A stretch of DNA of 64,000 nt from an uncultured Gammaproteobacteria bacterium (GTDB lineage Bacteria > Pseudomonadota > Gammaproteobacteria > Steroidobacterales > Rariloculaceae): contig CAZKNH010000005.1 in the NCBI GenBank assembly GCA_964553875.1, positions 1,762 to 65,761 on the forward strand, given 5' to 3'. Made by a program: the position numbers and the translations under genes. Under the pieces are notes generated by a model. That model was not told the DNA's origin. It searched no databases and worked only from the letters and a program-made list of their open reading frames with translations. Positions 63,633-64,000 of the stretch are shown piece after piece (position 1 is the stretch's first letter; each line of letters begins with the position of its first letter).

Positions 63633-64000
63633 CTACAAGCGTGAGGACCCGGTTCTCTTCAATGCCTCGACGACTCGCTTGACGTCCTGCGCCGCCTCGC
63701 GACGCATCACCAGAACGGCATCGGCCGTATCGACGACGACGCATCCGTCGACTCCCACCAGCGCGACGAGCCGATCGCTCGAAGAGACGTAGCAGTCGCG
63801 GCAGCCCTCCGCGATCACTTCACCTCGGAGGACATTGCCCTGGGCGTCCTTGTCGAGGATGTCGTGCAGCGCGAGCCACGATCCGATGTCGCTCCAGCCG
63901 GCATCGAGCGGCACCACGGCGGCAGACTCCGTCTTCTCCATGACGGCGTAGTCGATGGAATCCGACGGAGACGTCAGAAACGCCCGCCCGAGACGCGTGA
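63633..64000 (-). CDS. manC: mannose-1-phosphate guanylyltransferase (C-terminal part; 5' end beyond right window edge); ends before any cupin/PMI domain
   Basis: The minus-strand frame stays open to the window edge. My translation is ...TRLGRAFLTSPSDSIDYAVMEKTESAAVVPLDAGWSDIGSW...VKRVVEALKRTGSSRL*. SIDYAVMEK and WSDIGSW are ManC/XanB/AlgA blocks. Confidence 0.75.
   Translation of the reverse strand, partial: TRLGRAFLTSPSDSIDYAVMEKTESAAVVPLDAGWSDIGSWLALHDILDKDAQGNVLRGEVIAEGCRDCYVSSSDRLVALVGVDGCVVVDTADAVLVMRREAAQDVKRVVEALKRTGSSRL

Noticed and set aside
1-64000. CRISPR arrays, IS elements, integrases, prophage or toxin-antitoxin modules, and PEP-CTERM sorting tails
   Set aside because: I found no regularly spaced repeats, no transposase- or integrase-like ORFs, and no ORF ending in a PEP motif + TM + Arg cluster. 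The only repeats seen are the coding repeats at 7075-8172 and the 16-mer pair at 56024-56062. This was a by-eye scan, so short or degenerate elements could be missed.

Overview
High-GC (about two-thirds G+C by eye) bacterial chromosomal segment, proteobacterial in style, almost entirely given over to surface-polysaccharide biosynthesis. I call about 55 protein genes and one tRNA. I saw no rRNA, CRISPR array, transposase or integrase. All family assignments come from reading the translated ORFs for motifs; no database search was run.

Layout:
(i) 1-6.6 kb: CDP-hexose tailoring set (rfbF, RmlC-like epimerase, C-methyltransferase, SDR epimerase/dehydratase, aminopeptidase-like DUF4910-type protein, PIG-L deacetylase, GNAT).
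(ii) 6.9-10 kb: secreted triple-repeat Cys-motif protein plus a secreted GH5-like hydrolase.
(iii) 10.1-20 kb, minus strand: glycosyltransferase block, pyruvyltransferase, Wzm/Wzt ABC exporter, UDP-xylose synthase.
(iv) 20.5-29.6 kb, plus strand, tightly coupled operon: AsnB-type amidotransferase, GT1, GDP-mannose 6-dehydrogenase, GT1, membrane GT2, O-antigen-ligase-like protein, polysaccharide lyase.
(v) 29.6-36.5 kb: accessory patch with a beta-helix protein, two membrane-bracketed transglutaminase-like proteins, a deacetylase, an unknown secreted protein and a sulfotransferase.
(vi) 36.5-44.9 kb: eight-gene Fe-ADH / AMP-ligase / LuxE / LuxC / ACP / SDR / GNAT / GT4 operon. This is my best candidate for an undescribed carrier-protein-dependent acyl-tailoring system.
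(vii) A second sulfotransferase.
(viii) 46.4-59.7 kb: XrtA/PEP-CTERM-type EPS core (priming sugar transferase, PrsK kinase, OPX exporter, chain-length determinant, Tyr kinase, OM barrel, deacetylase, FemAB-like, AsnB, GT1). No exosortase, EpsI, PrsR or PEP-CTERM substrate is visible in the window.
(ix) ugd, tRNA-Val(CAC), a lipoprotein, a hypothetical gene and a partial manC.

Non-coding signals worth follow-up are three CRP/Clp-type palindromes (one perfect TGTGA-N6-TCACA) in intergenic regions next to secreted-protein genes, and a perfect 16-bp direct repeat between prsK and the exporter gene. Many long antisense ORFs in the track are high-GC artefacts and were rejected.
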